DNA of 64,000 bases from Felis catus (lineage: Eukaryota). The notes under the pieces are model-generated. The model worked only from the letters and a program-made list of their open reading frames with translations, was not told the DNA's origin and did not search any database. Location of the stretch: positions 39,434,001 through 39,498,000 of the forward strand of contig NC_058368.1 of assembly GCF_018350175.1 (NCBI RefSeq). Reading direction: 5' to 3'. The translations under genes and the position numbers were made by a program. Positions 23,557 through 36,892 of the stretch are shown in pieces (position 1 is the first letter of the stretch; every line of letters begins with the position of its first letter).

Positions 23557-23744
23557 TTATTTTATTTTTTATTATTTTTTAATGTTTATTCATTTTTGAG
23601 AGACAGAGCATGAGCAGGGGAGGAGCAGAGAGAGAGAGAGAGAGACACACACACACAGAATCCGATGCAGGACTAGAACCCACGAACCGTGAGATCATTA
23701 CCTAAGCCGAAGTCAGACACTTAACTGAGCCACCCAGGTGCCCC
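23557..23744 (-). mobile_element. Can-SINE with internal deletion
   Basis: Perfect 20-bp TSD tgttttatattttgttttta (23537-23556, 23745-23764); lacks the ctccaggctctgagctgtcagcacagagcc segment. Confidence 0.93.
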
Positions 23745-24488
23745 TGTTTTATATTTTGTTTTTAAACCCAAATTTTGAATATGAAATAATATAAACTTAG
23801 GTAAGGTTGTGGATTCATAGGACCATTCATGTTTCATTTGCGTCGGAAAACAAGCAAGGGAAATTCTTACACAGGCCATGCATAGGTGTGGTTATGTTTG
23901 TATAGGGTATAGTAGCGGGCCTTTGGAGTCAGGCTAGAGTCTATCAGTGTAGGATTGAATGACTATAATGTGGTAGTGCTGGCAAATTGTGGAACACGAC
24001 GTCACAAAAAATCAATGGAATTTGTTTATATAGTACAACTTCAATAGGACTGTGAAATTATTAGATGAAAGTTAAAAAATACATATATGGTACTAATTAT
24101 AAACATACATAAAACAATAAATGTATGTATCTGTTTTTTAAGAATATATACTGATATGTTTACACTTTATTTCAGAGTGAGTGCTTAGTATGTGAAGGAG
24201 CAGATAATGGGAAGTAGGAAAGAGAGATAAAAATACTACAGTATTAAAATAATTTAGTTATGCTTTGGTTGGATCAATATGGCAATTACACAATGACCTC
24301 ATGAGTTGATTAACTTAATACTGTATACCTGACACTCGCAAGAAATAAAGATAAAAGATAAATGTATATATGATGGACATTATCCTCTTACCTGTGATGG
24401 AATGACTTCTGTAGCTATTTAAATGCATATTTACATTTTGGATTTTCATCAAACACTGTAGAAGCCATCAGCCCTGCCTCTGCCCCCA

Positions 24489-24528
24489 TCTCTGTCTCTG
24501 TCTCTGTCTCTGTCTCTGTCTCTGTCTC
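24489..24528. repeat. (TCTCTG)n microsatellite
   Basis: Direct reading. Confidence 0.95.
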
Positions 24529-24929
24529 TTTTAAACCAATAACTACACACTAGTATTTTTGGCATTTTTTTCCCACATAACACAATATATATTCATAACC
24601 AATGATTAGTTACTGATGTAACTATAAAGTTTGCATCTTAGTTTGATTTTATCTTTGCAAGTGGTATGTCATTTGTGAGATCAGTTGAAATGAAGTCATG
24701 GAATATTTTGTTAAATACATTGACAATTTTGTGACTACAGCAGACCGTTTTTTTAAATCACTATTAAATTTTCTAGAAATGATTTCTCTTTCTCAATTAT
24801 TTTTAACTTCAATATTCCCTGTTTTTTTGTCTTTTCTTTTGGTAAATATTTAATTATGAAATTAAATGTGTTTCTATCAAGAGAACAATCATAAGGAGAA
24901 TCCTCAGTCGGTGCAAACCAGGCACATTT

Positions 24930-25245
24930 CCATCCTGGGACTTTGCACTTGCCGTTCTGTCTGCTTAGCACTATTGTCACAGCGATCCACCTGACTCACT
25001 CATCTTTTCTTCAAATCCTTGCTTAAATGGTATGTACTCAGAAGGACCTTCCCTATCCACCTCATTAAAAACTAGCCATTAATTAAATCATATTTGCTTA
25101 TTTGTTTATTCATCTTTTTGCCATGTTATGCTGCAAGTAAACTGCATGAAGGCAAATATTTTTCTCAGTCTCCAAAATCTGCAAATGTACCTTATATATA
25201 GGAGATAATATGAAACACTTGCTGAATGAATGAATGAATGAATGA
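24930..25245 (+). mobile_element. L2 3' end
   Basis: gggactttgcacttgccgttctgtctgc...tcagaaggaccttccct...gctgaatgaatgaatgaatgaatgaa. Confidence 0.75.
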
Positions 25246-28200
25246 AAGCTCTGTTGTAAAGTTAAAAAAAAAAAGAGGAAGAACATCTTGCTTAGAAATA
25301 AATACACATGTGATGAAAAAAGCTTTTGGCATACTTAGTCCATTGTGAGAATTTGCTTATTATTTACTGCCCTTAGTGTCTTAGTTTCTATAACATTAAA
25401 CAATAGGAGTATAATTTTGCAACCACTTTTGTTGGAATGCATCAACACCAGATGCAGTAACTAACTACTTTATGGAATCATCTTTTGAGAGAAATATTTT
25501 TCTTGAGATATTGACAGACCTGACCTTTGACAGTCAGCAACATACTGCTTCAAATAAATGATGATTATGTTTGACTTATTATCATGTTTTAGAATCTCTG
25601 TTCTACTATTTCACTACAGATTTTCTACATCTTAGGGAAAACGAAGAGGTTTAAGCTGTGGAAATTATGATTAACATAATACCCTTCAAATCTTGGGTCA
25701 CCTGCCCAGGCTTCCTTAAAGTTTAGCTGCACTAATTAACTTCAACTTATTTTACATACAAACCCACAACCCCTTCACATGGAGGAAATAAAAATATTAA
25801 TCTGTTAAAGGCCAAGAAATGACAGTATAGAAATGCTTTGGAAGTAATAAAAATAACTTGCCACATAATTCTGAGGAAGTTATAGCCTCTGAAAATGTGT
25901 TATCTACTGTCCAGTCCTACATGGTCTGATAACGCATACAAAGCCGAAGACTCATATGCCGCCTGCCATCCCTAATGTGCCGAAGGAGCCTCTCAACTAT
26001 TGAAGTAAATGGTGAAATTTAAGTAGTCTCAGTGACTGTTTAAAATATTTATCACTTACCCTGGATTCTTACAGCCTAATATATAGGACATTTTTACAAT
26101 GATTTGTGTAAACTTTAAAATATGTGTCACCTGGATTTTTAAAATGTGACTCATGACAAAATAGTGTGTTATAATTGCAAAGGCATCAAACATAAAGAAA
26201 ATAATGCTAATTTACTAACATTATGTACTCATAAAGCCATGAAATTGGCATTTTAAATGGCAGCGCTGGCATTTTTGCAAATACTCAGTGCCAATAATGG
26301 TTTTGATAAAAAGGTTAGGAGCAGAGAATGTTATTCTGTCAATTATATTGGAAAAACTAGTAGTTACAAACATTCAGATCAATAATAGACTGGAATTCAT
26401 TATATACTGTGAAAGGTTCTTATAACTTTTATCAGTTTAAAAATTATGATGGTTGTGTCTCAATAATTGAAAATTAAGGATTGAATCTTTCTAATTTATT
26501 CCTCCTCCCTCAAAAAAATTCCTGATGTACTAACCTCACACACTTTAAAAAATAATCACAAGTTTCCTGAAGATTTTATTTATTTTTAAAGAAACATTAA
26601 GGAAATGTTTTAAAAATTGTCTTTGAAAAGAAGCAACCATGGTTTTTCAAAGTGCTCATTTCCTTCTTATGACTGAAGTTTCTACTCAGAAATGTTCTTG
26701 ATTTTCCAAGTAACATTCATCGATGTAATTTTTTTCTTGAAAAAATATTAAACCATTCATTGACTTAAGTTTTTGTTGAAACATATTCATGCATAAATCA
26801 AACTTATGGAATATCCATTCTCAAAGTGACACAAAAAAATAAGCAAAGTTGTCAGAAGTCATTCTTCTCATCTTTCCTTTCTTCTTAGTAAGTGGATTCC
26901 AACGTCTTCACTCCAAGGAACAGGCTTTGAGCATATTCAATTCAAATTCGTACTTGCGGTTTTAAAATGGCCACTTAGTCTAGGAGTAAGTATTAATCAA
27001 GGCCATGATGTTTATATGCCAGTGATGTCAAAGTAGACTCCCTAATATTACTGAAGCCATGTTCAGACAGCAGCTGGGAGACAAGCAGTAATTGAACATA
27101 TTTAAATATCCACCCCATGTACTGAACAGATTTCAATGTCTGCTGTGTTTAAGGTCCACTGGGTTGTGAAATGGCTGCTTCGTTCACACAGATGTTAATA
27201 TCTCCAGGCTTTTCTCTAGCTTTGTAGCTTCTCATTTACATATCTGCAGTAAGTTTGGTGTTCATGAAGTGAGATACAGCTCCTTGTCACTACTCTTTGT
27301 TAGAATAAAGCATGTTTGATACAAAATACTAGCGACTGGAATTACAGCTCATTAAGGCTTAAGAAGAAAAATAATAAGGAACATAGCAATAGGTATTCAG
27401 TCACCAGTGCTTCATTAGTTCTTTTACTGTTTAAATACCTGAAGCTGATGAATATAAATTACTCGTGAAAATGCAGTTTAAACAGTTTTATACTCTTACC
27501 TATTTTTTACTCTGTGTACACAGTGTGTAAGATGATAATTCTTCTACAGTCGCATCCTTATTTTTTATATGTTCAGCATATTTTTCATATAGATATGTAT
27601 GTGGAGCCATATCCCCAAGCTATTTAAAAATCATTTCAAGTAAGATCAGGGGTTAAAAAGCCATATTAGCTATTTTTATTTCACATTCAGGGACAATGTT
27701 GCCTCTTCTGAAGAAACTGAATATACTAATACTTGAACTGTATTACCTGCCACACAGCTGGCATACTTCAATTAAATCTATTGTCTTTATGTACACAGTC
27801 CATTATTTTGCTACAGTGCCTCTACTCCAGTAAACCTAAACGTAGCTTGACAGTGAGCTGCTCAATCTTGGAATTCATCAGGACACACTCGAATGTTTCC
27901 TCATCTCAAATACTAATAATACTGCTACTTTTGATTTTGGCTTTGCAGAAATATGTGTTTAGAGTATGCTACGGTCTGCTTTGTAATCCATTTGGTAGGT
28001 TTCCTTAGGAGCACTTTGCCAACCTTTTTTATATGCCTACTTAAAAACAATACTTGTAAACAAGACTTACATGTTTCTGATTTTGATATTTTGTGTATCA
28101 TATAAATTATACCACCACATATGTATTAGTACTCAATGAGAATGATCATTTATTAGATTTTGAAGAGAACACAGAGAAAACACTTCTCCTTACATTGAAA

Positions 28201-29104
28201 AGTTCATGAAAGAATATAAAATGATAATACCATAGACATATGCTTAAAGATATATCTAATTTAGTCATCTTTAACTCTGAATCTGTATGTGTATATATAT
28301 ATTGAAAATATACATATATATATGAGAACAAATATATTTCATTTTATTCATAAAATTATCAACTTGGAAAACACTTCTATGATATTTCATATTTAATTAT
28401 TATATTACTATTTACCCTTTAAATTTGTTCAAGTTATATTTCAAATGCATGTTGTTAAAATACATGTATATACTTAAAAGGCATATACTTAATGCATATA
28501 AATTAATTTAATTATATATTATTAATACAAATGTACACAATGTATATACTTAAAATATATGCATATACTTTTAAAAATGCATATTATAGACTTAAAAGAT
28601 AGACTTCAAATGCATATACTTAAAAAGACGTGGTTTCATATAAAATTTTCCAGTTACAGTGGTAGTAACAACCCAGTTTATATTTAGTATTGATGAAGTG
28701 TTTGTGATAGTTTTCCAGCATTGGCTTATATAAAGGACATCAGAAGAACATAATATATTTTTTCTTAACTATTCTGTAGACTATTACATAAGCTGACTTT
28801 CTAGTTTATAAGAAAATTACGTTTTCTGTTAACTGTTGAACCACAAATATAAATATTGCACCATTTTTGCCCTGAGAATCCTCTCTGTTGGTTTATTAAC
28901 GTACTTCATTACATAGGCAAAGCTAAATCTGAAATAGCATGGGCCAAAAAATAGACGGAGATCAAGCAACCAAGCAGAGGTAAGGGCAATGAAGGTGGGC
29001 CTCAGAGTATAAAATTACCAGTCAGATCTGAACTACGTGACCCAAGCCTTGTCATTGAATCTCATGTCTTGCAACATAGTTTCGTTAATTAAACTTCTAA
29101 TTTC

Positions 29105-29665
29105 TTTGAGGTTAAGTCCTGTTTTACCCAATGATTACAATTTTATTATAGTAAAAGAATACAAATTGGAATGAGCCAAAGGAAGAGATGTGTAAGGTGC
29201 ACTCTGGGAAGTATCCAAATGTGGAGCTTCCATTGTCTTCAAGGATGCTTTACTCTTCTAAGTATCGATGTATCGATGTGTGGCGATATGTGTGAAGCAT
29301 TTCTAACATGAGAATCTCACTGAAACTTCAATTTGAGAGTTTTTATTGAGGTTTCATCAAGTGGATATTGATTCATTATCCACATGGTCAAACTCAATCT
29401 CTAATACCCCATCCTTCCCCAGAGATGTCCTGTGGCCTAAGACCCATCCTCTAGTCTTAAGGTTATTCTGTCTTGTGAGGCCAGCTGTTGCCCTACATCA
29501 TCTCCCTAGCATAACTATTGAGGGGTCCATTGTGAGCCAGCTTGTTAGCATGAACTGTCTATCAGGTATGGTCAGAGAGACCTTCCATGAATAACACTCC
29601 CATCACTTGGGAAACTCAAAGCATTTAGTGCTTACCTCCCAAGAACTGGGGCAATTTAGTACAAA
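29105..29665 (-). mobile_element. MER21-like LTR
   Basis: aagaatacaaattggaatgagccaaaggaagagatg...ccaaatgtggagcttcc and actcccatcacttgggaaactcaaagcatttag. Confidence 0.7.
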
Positions 29666-30694
29666 ATGATCCAACCAAGAACCAAAATGAGAGTCTGATC
29701 TCCCACATAGGTAGACTCCTGCTATCCACTGCTTTGGTCAACCATGATGCTACCCCCATATTAATCTGTCTAACCAAAGCATAGACTCACCTGTGCCCAA
29801 CCTTGTATGAGAGCACTCCATTTACACCCAACACCTGATGAAAAGTCAAGCTCCCTTTTTGAAAATTTAAATGATAAACATAGATGATAGATTATTCCTC
29901 CTATTTGGGCTAAAAACAAACACAAAAAATTTACTTTAAAATTCACATAAAATAACTTTTTTGATCATTTATTGCTATTTGTAATGCTGCAGCTTCCATT
30001 TTTGTTTTCTCATAGCCAAAATATTCTACAAATAACAGAATTTTAAAATTTGTTTTTAATTGAATTACCACATTTTAATAAACTCGCTCATTGGCTCATA
30101 GGCTTCCTTATGTTATGGCAAGAGCATCAAACATCCTTCCCCTTTTCCATAATTTGAGTGTTTTTTGTTTTAATATGCATGTCACTGCTCTGGATTCAGC
30201 AGTAGGCCCAGATGTAAACATGTGCAACCACATTCCTTGCCTACACTGGCAGTGCAGTTAAGTTTGAAATACAATAAATGACTCATTACATGAACCCTGT
30301 CAAAAACAGAATCAATGTCTGTCTACACAAGAGTAGATAGACGGTAACTCTGAGATTTTCACAGATAATGACTAATGTCTGTTGTCATTGTGAATACAAA
30401 TTCTAGTTACATTAGACTCAGTAATTATATTCACAGTAGTTTTTACTTATATTTAAAATAAGTGTTGAAAGTTGCTTAGGTGCTGAATCATATTGATTAT
30501 GTCATTAGTAAATAATGGATAGAATGTGAATACCTTTACAAACTATGCAGCTCTGTACACAAGGACCTTGAGCAATGACTCACCCTGAAATGTTTTATCC
30601 TTAACACTTTTTACTATAAAATGTATGCATTGGTATAAATGTATGGAAATTCAAGAATTTTGAGATATGAAAGAAAAAAAGTCTTAAGAAAAGT

Positions 30695-30916
30695 GTTTGT
30701 TTTTTTAATATTTATTTATTCAGAGAGAAGGAGACAGAGAGAAAAGAGAGGGCTGGGGAGGGGCAGACAGAGAGGGAGAGAGAATCCTAAGCAGGCTCTG
30801 GGCTGTCAGCACAGAGCCCAAGGTGGGGGGAGGGGCTCTGTTTCATGAACCATGGAATCATGACCTGAGCCAAAATCAAGTTGTTTGCTTAACCAACTGA
30901 GCCACCCAGGCTCGCG
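30695..30916 (-). mobile_element. Can-SINE
   Basis: Perfect 14-bp TSD gtcttaagaaaagt (30681-30694, 30917-30930). Confidence 0.95.
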
Positions 30917-31470
30917 GTCTTAAGAAAAGTTTTAATTCAAGCTTGAAGAATTTGAAATCTGAAACATCTAGTGCCTACCTAGAGTTTCACTGATGGAGTA
31001 AGAGATGTAGCCTGAACAAACTTAAGTGAGAGGATAAACAGGTACAGTTTACATTACATTTGCCCAAAACAACAGACTAGGCAGGGTGGCACCAGCTAGA
31101 CAAAGTCTGCAAATATAGCCTCAATTGTTTGTTTAAAGGGATGAGATATATAGGATATATATGTATCCTTGGATAATGTTAATTATAATAATGGGGTGAC
31201 AGTTGTGAATCAGACAGTTCACTGGGAATGCCTGATTCATAATTGCTACCCCATAATTACATATAAAACTATTATGTCACTTAAGGTACATAGTCTACAA
31301 AGCAGAATAATAGGTTTGTTGTGGTTTGTTAAGTAATAGATACTGACTCTGTATAGTCCTTACTCAGTTTTGATGCCTTTATGTGTAGGCACTACCTTAA
31401 AATGCATTTCTGTTTAGGATTGTTTACTTGTTCCCCATAGGTTCCATCATAAAGACTAAGATCCTTACTC

Positions 31471-31856
31471 TGTGGTAGACTGTTAGTCTATTCCAATTTA
31501 CTTTCCTGCAGTACTTCTCCCTGATTCTTCCCCATCCCATTAATGTCGGTGTTGACTTTGTGACCTGCTCAATAAAATATGAGAGAAAATGACATGTGTC
31601 ATTGCAGAACAGAAGCTTTAAGAGCCAACATACCCTCTGCCAATTTCCTCCTTCCAGGACTACTACCAGCAGCACTCCAGATAAAGGCTGCTCCATCACC
31701 TACGACCCAAAGTTAAGGTGACAAGGGACCGAGCTGCAGCTGACCTGTGTAATAGCTCTGTAACATAAATGAAAATTTTACATCTGCTGTGTTAAGCTGC
31801 AGAGATTCTGATATTGTTTTTTCCTGCAGCATAAATTTAACTGATTCTGAGAGACA
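31471..31856 (+). mobile_element. MaLR LTR (MLT1I/J-like)
   Basis: tgtggtagactg start; gacatgtgtca...agaagctttaagagcca; tgttaagctgcagagatt...ctgcagcataa end. Confidence 0.7.
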
Positions 31857-31899
31857 CATTTTGACTTCTGATTTTGGTCATGATCTTGTACTTTATTTT

Positions 31900-33100
31900 C
31901 CAGCCACTATGCTGTATCACCGCTAGTTCTTTCCACGATACCAATCAATATTTTGTAACTCAAGCCATTCTAAATATTACAGCCAATGAAATCTTTTGAA
32001 AGAAGTTTGATTTCATAACTAATAAAATTAATTCAGAGGCTAGAGAATGTCTCATAGTCTACCCCGTACTGACTCACATCTGACACCTGATCATTCTCCA
32101 GCGTCCCCCAGATTCCTCTGCTCCAACAGTAATGGCCCTCTTATGTCCTTGATCACTCCCTACATACGCCATTCTGACACAGGAACATTGTCTAACATCT
32201 GCCTGGCATGAATTCTCCCCTTCCATTTGGCATTCTTCTACTCTGCTTTCAGATCTCAACTGAGTCATTATTTCTCAGGGAAGCACCCAAATTTCCTAAG
32301 CAGAATAAGAAATCTTAATCACTTTCGAAGTCACAAAACTGAATAATAGAATTGATAGAATGATATGAGCTGTAGCTAGGTACTCAAATTGTAAATGAAG
32401 ACTATCATTTATATTAGTCTCACTCTTTTAATGTGTATTTTTAAATTTATTGGATCACAATGGGATATCACATATTGTTTACAATATTTGTACTTTCTGA
32501 CTCCAATCCTTAAAAAAAAGAAAAAGTATATGAGATATGTTTTCCTTATCACAGGTAAGGACAGTGGGTTTTAGGGATGCTCAGTTACTTGCCAAATGTT
32601 ATCAGCTTTCAGAGTTATTAGAATTCAGTTTTCTCTGTGTCAAAATTTTCTTTCCAGTATAACATACACTTGAAGAAACCAAACAAAGCTTATTTTATGG
32701 ATAAATCTATTGTTTTATTTTCCTCAATGAAAGCCAGAGGGAAATTACAAAATTTGTGGTTGTCCTGACACTTGCTGAATTACTTAGATCTTAAAAAGTG
32801 AATACTGCTCTATAAATGTCTTAGTTTGAGTCTTTAGTCCCCCTGCTCTGAATCTTTTGTGATATTTTATGTCAATCAAATCCAAGTAGTAATTCAAGTG
32901 AGATGCATACCATAGTTTAGAAGAGTTCATTAGACTTGATGGCCTCAGGTTTCTTAAGTAAACTGGCTTCTTACTAGACTCACTATGTTGCCTTGACTTG
33001 TGTTCTACTGAAGATATATCTCTGTCTCAAATTTCCACAATCTGCCGACACTGATTTGGCTAGGTAATTGTCTCTTTATAGGTCTTATTAATAATTCAAA
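31900..33100. mobile_element. Cluster of L2 (+, ~31900-32300) and MIR fragments (~32400-32640 -, ~32900-33100 +)
   Basis: tctgcctggcatgaattctcccc...ctttcagatctcaactgagtca (L2); gttacttgccaaatgttatcagc (MIR). Confidence 0.5.
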
Positions 33101-33536
33101 TGAAAATTTTTCTGTGTTAGTACTGAGAATGTACTTTTCTTCTAGTGGTCAGACATGAGTATAAGGTTACTGTGATATGTGGAAAACACAAACAGGACCC
33201 CAATTAAATTACTGGACACTAAGGAAGAAAAGACCAGGAAAATATGTATTCTCTTATACCCAAGGCTGTAGGCTCCATGAAAGCAGGAATTTTGCCTGTT
33301 TTAAAATGTCAGTATTTTAAAAAAGGTAACTATATGAGGTAATGTATGTGTTAATTAGCTTGATTGGGGTAATTTATTTTACATACAAGTCATTTTGTAT
33401 GCCTTAAATATTAATTTTCAATAATACATACTTAAAATTTCTGTTTTTTAGAATGTTTTGGTACCATATATTATAAGATGTTTTTATTACTTAGTAAAAT
33501 GTTACTTAGTACAAAAATACTGGTTTTGGTCACTAT

Positions 33537-33598
33537 TTCCCCCGAAATCCCAGGCTTCCTTTCAGTTCCCCCGAAATCCCAGTCTTCCTTTCAGTTCC
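33537..33598. repeat. 29-bp tandem duplication, 1 mismatch
   Basis: ttcccccgaaatcccag(g/t)cttcctttcag x2 plus trailing ttcc. Confidence 0.95.
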
Positions 33599-35230
33599 TA
33601 AAGCATTGTTGTGATAAATTAAATATCAAAATTAAGGCATAGACTACTGAAATATACTTTTATTGTGATACCTAGGTATAGGACATTCTTGTGCATTTTG
33701 AAAATAAAGACATTCAAAAAATCTCCTAATCCCAAATATGTTGGGTAATTCTTAGGTATGATTCTTCCTACAAGGTAATATCAGGAGCAAAGTATCCCGT
33801 GCATGCTTCATAGGTACTAGAAAGGCATATTTCTTTCAAATATCCACAATGAAACACATATATGAATATCATAGCTTCTTTTCCTTCCTCCTCTATCTCC
33901 AGACACTTTCTCAATTAAAATATGAAGCAATTTTCAAACATAGATTTAAAATGATAGGAAGCATTCTAAATTATTTAATTTTAGATAATAAAGGCAAATA
34001 TTAGCTTTGAATTACTTATTAAGAGGAAATGATTACTTTACCTTAGAGTTTTAAAGCAAAGTGAGAGCATTTACTGCTGCCTTGAATAGAAATGCACACA
34101 TACACACACAAACTTCCTTTCAGTAATATTCTCTCATTCTCTCTCTACTTTCACCTGAAATCTTTATTGCTTGAGTTATTCCAAGTTTTTCTACTACACA
34201 AATTCTGATTTTAGCCATTTTATACAGATGGCCCAGATTTCCATTGTGAGGGTGAACATTAGAGGAAGTCAAATATATCAGAGGTCTGGTTGTACAGAGT
34301 TTATGTGATAATAATGCACAAATGGTATGTGTATAATTCATTAAGACTATTGGATATTGCCGAGAATGTGTGTTATCTGGTATTTCTTAAGTTTATTTTC
34401 TAAACAAACATACCCTGTATTTCTATGAGAGCATGATGAGGTAAACATGTCCTTTTGTCTGATGGCGACATTAATATCTGATTACATCTTAAGGCGGTGG
34501 TCCAAAAGTTATGAAAAGAAGCCATATTGAGAAATCTAGCTCATGCTAACATCTAAGTACTACACTATCTGTTTCTGGAGATGAAAGATCTGACTTTTTA
34601 TTTATTGTTTTGTTTTTGCTGTATGGATCATAATAGCTCTTCTTTCCATTTGTAAATGAGACATTTCATGTCATTAGTTTGGTAGTAACATAGTGAACCC
34701 CTATGACAAGCTGAATTTGTCTATCATCATGTATTCCAGTGCATCCTTTCCCTTTAATCACTTCATTAAATCTGGGACTATTTCTGCATCTCTGTGTGTA
34801 CACAGATGGAAACCTTAGGGGGAACCCATCCTCACTTTCAAACAAAGCTGTTTATTCCCATTAAAAATTTCTAATATATATTGTGCTTATGGTTGGGTGC
34901 TCACCATATTATAGAAAATCTTTAACAAAAGAAAAACATATTTCAAATTTGTTTCAAACATTTGTAGTGATGTCACAAGAAGCATCACCAAAAATACCAA
35001 AACTCGCCTGCATCATCTTCTCCTATTATTTATTTATGTATTTATTTATGTATTTATTTAGGGCTATTTAGCTAGACAAATAAAAATCTGGCAACCCTCC
35101 TTCAAAAAATAGGCCCTAATTTTATATACATCATTATAATTCATTTATTCCTTCAATAAGCATGTATGTTTTGCTCTGCACTACATTCTAGTCCATGAAA
35201 AAATAATTTAAGGAAACAGTCATACGGCAT

Positions 35231-35669
35231 TGTGACTGGGTTTCCCCCAAAAGAGACCCTGACAAAAGAATGTCAATGCATGTACATTATTTTGGAGTTG
35301 CATGAAACTCACTTAAGGAGGTGAGCAAGTGGGAAGGAAAACTGGTAAAGGAAGGGAGTCAAAAAAAGAATGTTATTTATACCTTAGGGAAATTCTGGGA
35401 AATGCTGTAAAACACCATTGAGGTCTGAGCGGTCTGAGTATTTAGGTACTTGGGTGGGTTGAGAAGTAAAAGACTAGGAGGGTAAAGGGTGGAGAGAGAA
35501 CTTGGCTGGATGGTGGTCTTGGTAATTCACAAGCACATTTTGTCGCTCTGGCCGAGAGAACAGGCATCTAGTGTTCTAGACAGAAGAGAGGGAGAGAGAG
35601 AGAGAGATGCATGAACTGGCCAAAGTGGACTACAGGGATATGGACAGGGCATTTATGTCATCTCCTACA
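35231..35669 (-). mobile_element. Old ERVL-class solo LTR (LTR16/LTR33-like)
   Basis: ctgggtttcccccaaaagagaccctgaca start; gggcatttatgtcatctcctaca end. Confidence 0.6.
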
Positions 35670-35810
35670 GGCCAACTGGGGTCTTTAGTATGTGTGTTTG
35701 TATCCTCTGGATAATGACGGAGAACCTAAAAGATGGAAACATTAGTCTGGGAGTTAAAACATCCAAATTCTGGTTCCACATTGACAACTGTAGTAGGCTT
35801 TGCTGTTCTT

Positions 35811-36007
35811 TTCTTTTTTATTATTTTTATTAATTTATTTATTCTGAGGGAGGGAGATGAAGAGAGGGAGAGAGAATCCCAATCAGGCTGTACACTGTCA
35901 GTGCAGAGCCCCATGCCGGGTTGGTTGATCTCAGAAACCATTAGGTCATGACCTGAGCCAAAATCAAGAGTTGGAAGTTTAACCAACAGAGCCGCCCAGG
36001 CGCCCCC
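35811..36007 (-). mobile_element. Can-SINE
   Basis: TSD tgctgttctt / tgatgttctt; ends cccaggcgccccc. Confidence 0.93.
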
Positions 36008-36838
36008 TGATGTTCTTATTTTTATGTAATCTGTGCTTCTGAGATACTATTAATCTTGATCCTCAAACATTCATGATAGAAAACAAAGGTGATTTATATG
36101 ATGTTAATTGTGAGAACTGGAGCTCCCTTCACACCTCTGCCAAATCATCGTTTGATCATCTAAGTGATTTTTCACAAGTTGGCATCCTCTATTCTCCTTT
36201 CCAGCTTAATTTCACAAGAGTGAAACCTTACACTATATTTTGAACTGAAAGTGGCAAATACAATACCAATGACTAGTGAAAAAGTGCTGCAGCTGCTGAC
36301 ACCTTGCTAATGCCTAAGAATGGTCTTGTAAAGTCACTGAAAGCCTACATTAAAAGTGCAACCATGAGCATTCTCTTGCTGCCTTGCTGTTGGATTAAAT
36401 AATAAGAATCAGAGGTTCTCAATATCCCAACATTCACTTGTTTTTTAAACTCTTCTTGTAAGCCTCTTGCCTTTCTACATGAGTGCATGAGAACTGGGTC
36501 TGAGGGTCATTTGTGTTAGATACAACATTTTATTAAATGTCTCTTAGCCATTCTTTCTTTTCTTGAAACGTGTGTATGCCACTCTCCCAGGATAAAGGTT
36601 GACTTACCATAGAGCCTCTTATTTAGGTTTCTTGATCAGCTCAGTCATTCAGTAATACTCAAACATGCTACAATGCCAGGATAAACAAAGGTCAAGCAGT
36701 TTGCTCTGATTAGACTGTGACACTAAAATTCTATGACTCTTTATAGATGTTTATGCCCCTGCTTGCACTATGCCATGAAGTGTGAGCTGGCCTGTGTGCA
36801 CTAGTGGCTATGATCTTGCTGTGCTTTAGCTGAGAGAG

Positions 36839-36840
36839 TG

Positions 36841-36890
<50 letters not shown>

Positions 36891-36892
36891 CA
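36839..36892. repeat. (TA)21 microsatellite inside a perfect 54-bp palindrome
   Basis: tggaga(ta)21tctcca. Confidence 0.95.

Noticed and set aside
26050..26135. Minus-strand donor AGG|gtaagt with upstream cag
   Set aside because: No pyrimidine tract at the acceptor and no recognisable coding content.
32538..32560. Recursive-splice-like site tttccttatcacag|gtaagg (similar minus-strand hits near 24390 and 51790)
   Set aside because: Derives from a degenerate MIR core, comparable hits occur on both strands, and the host transcript is unknown.
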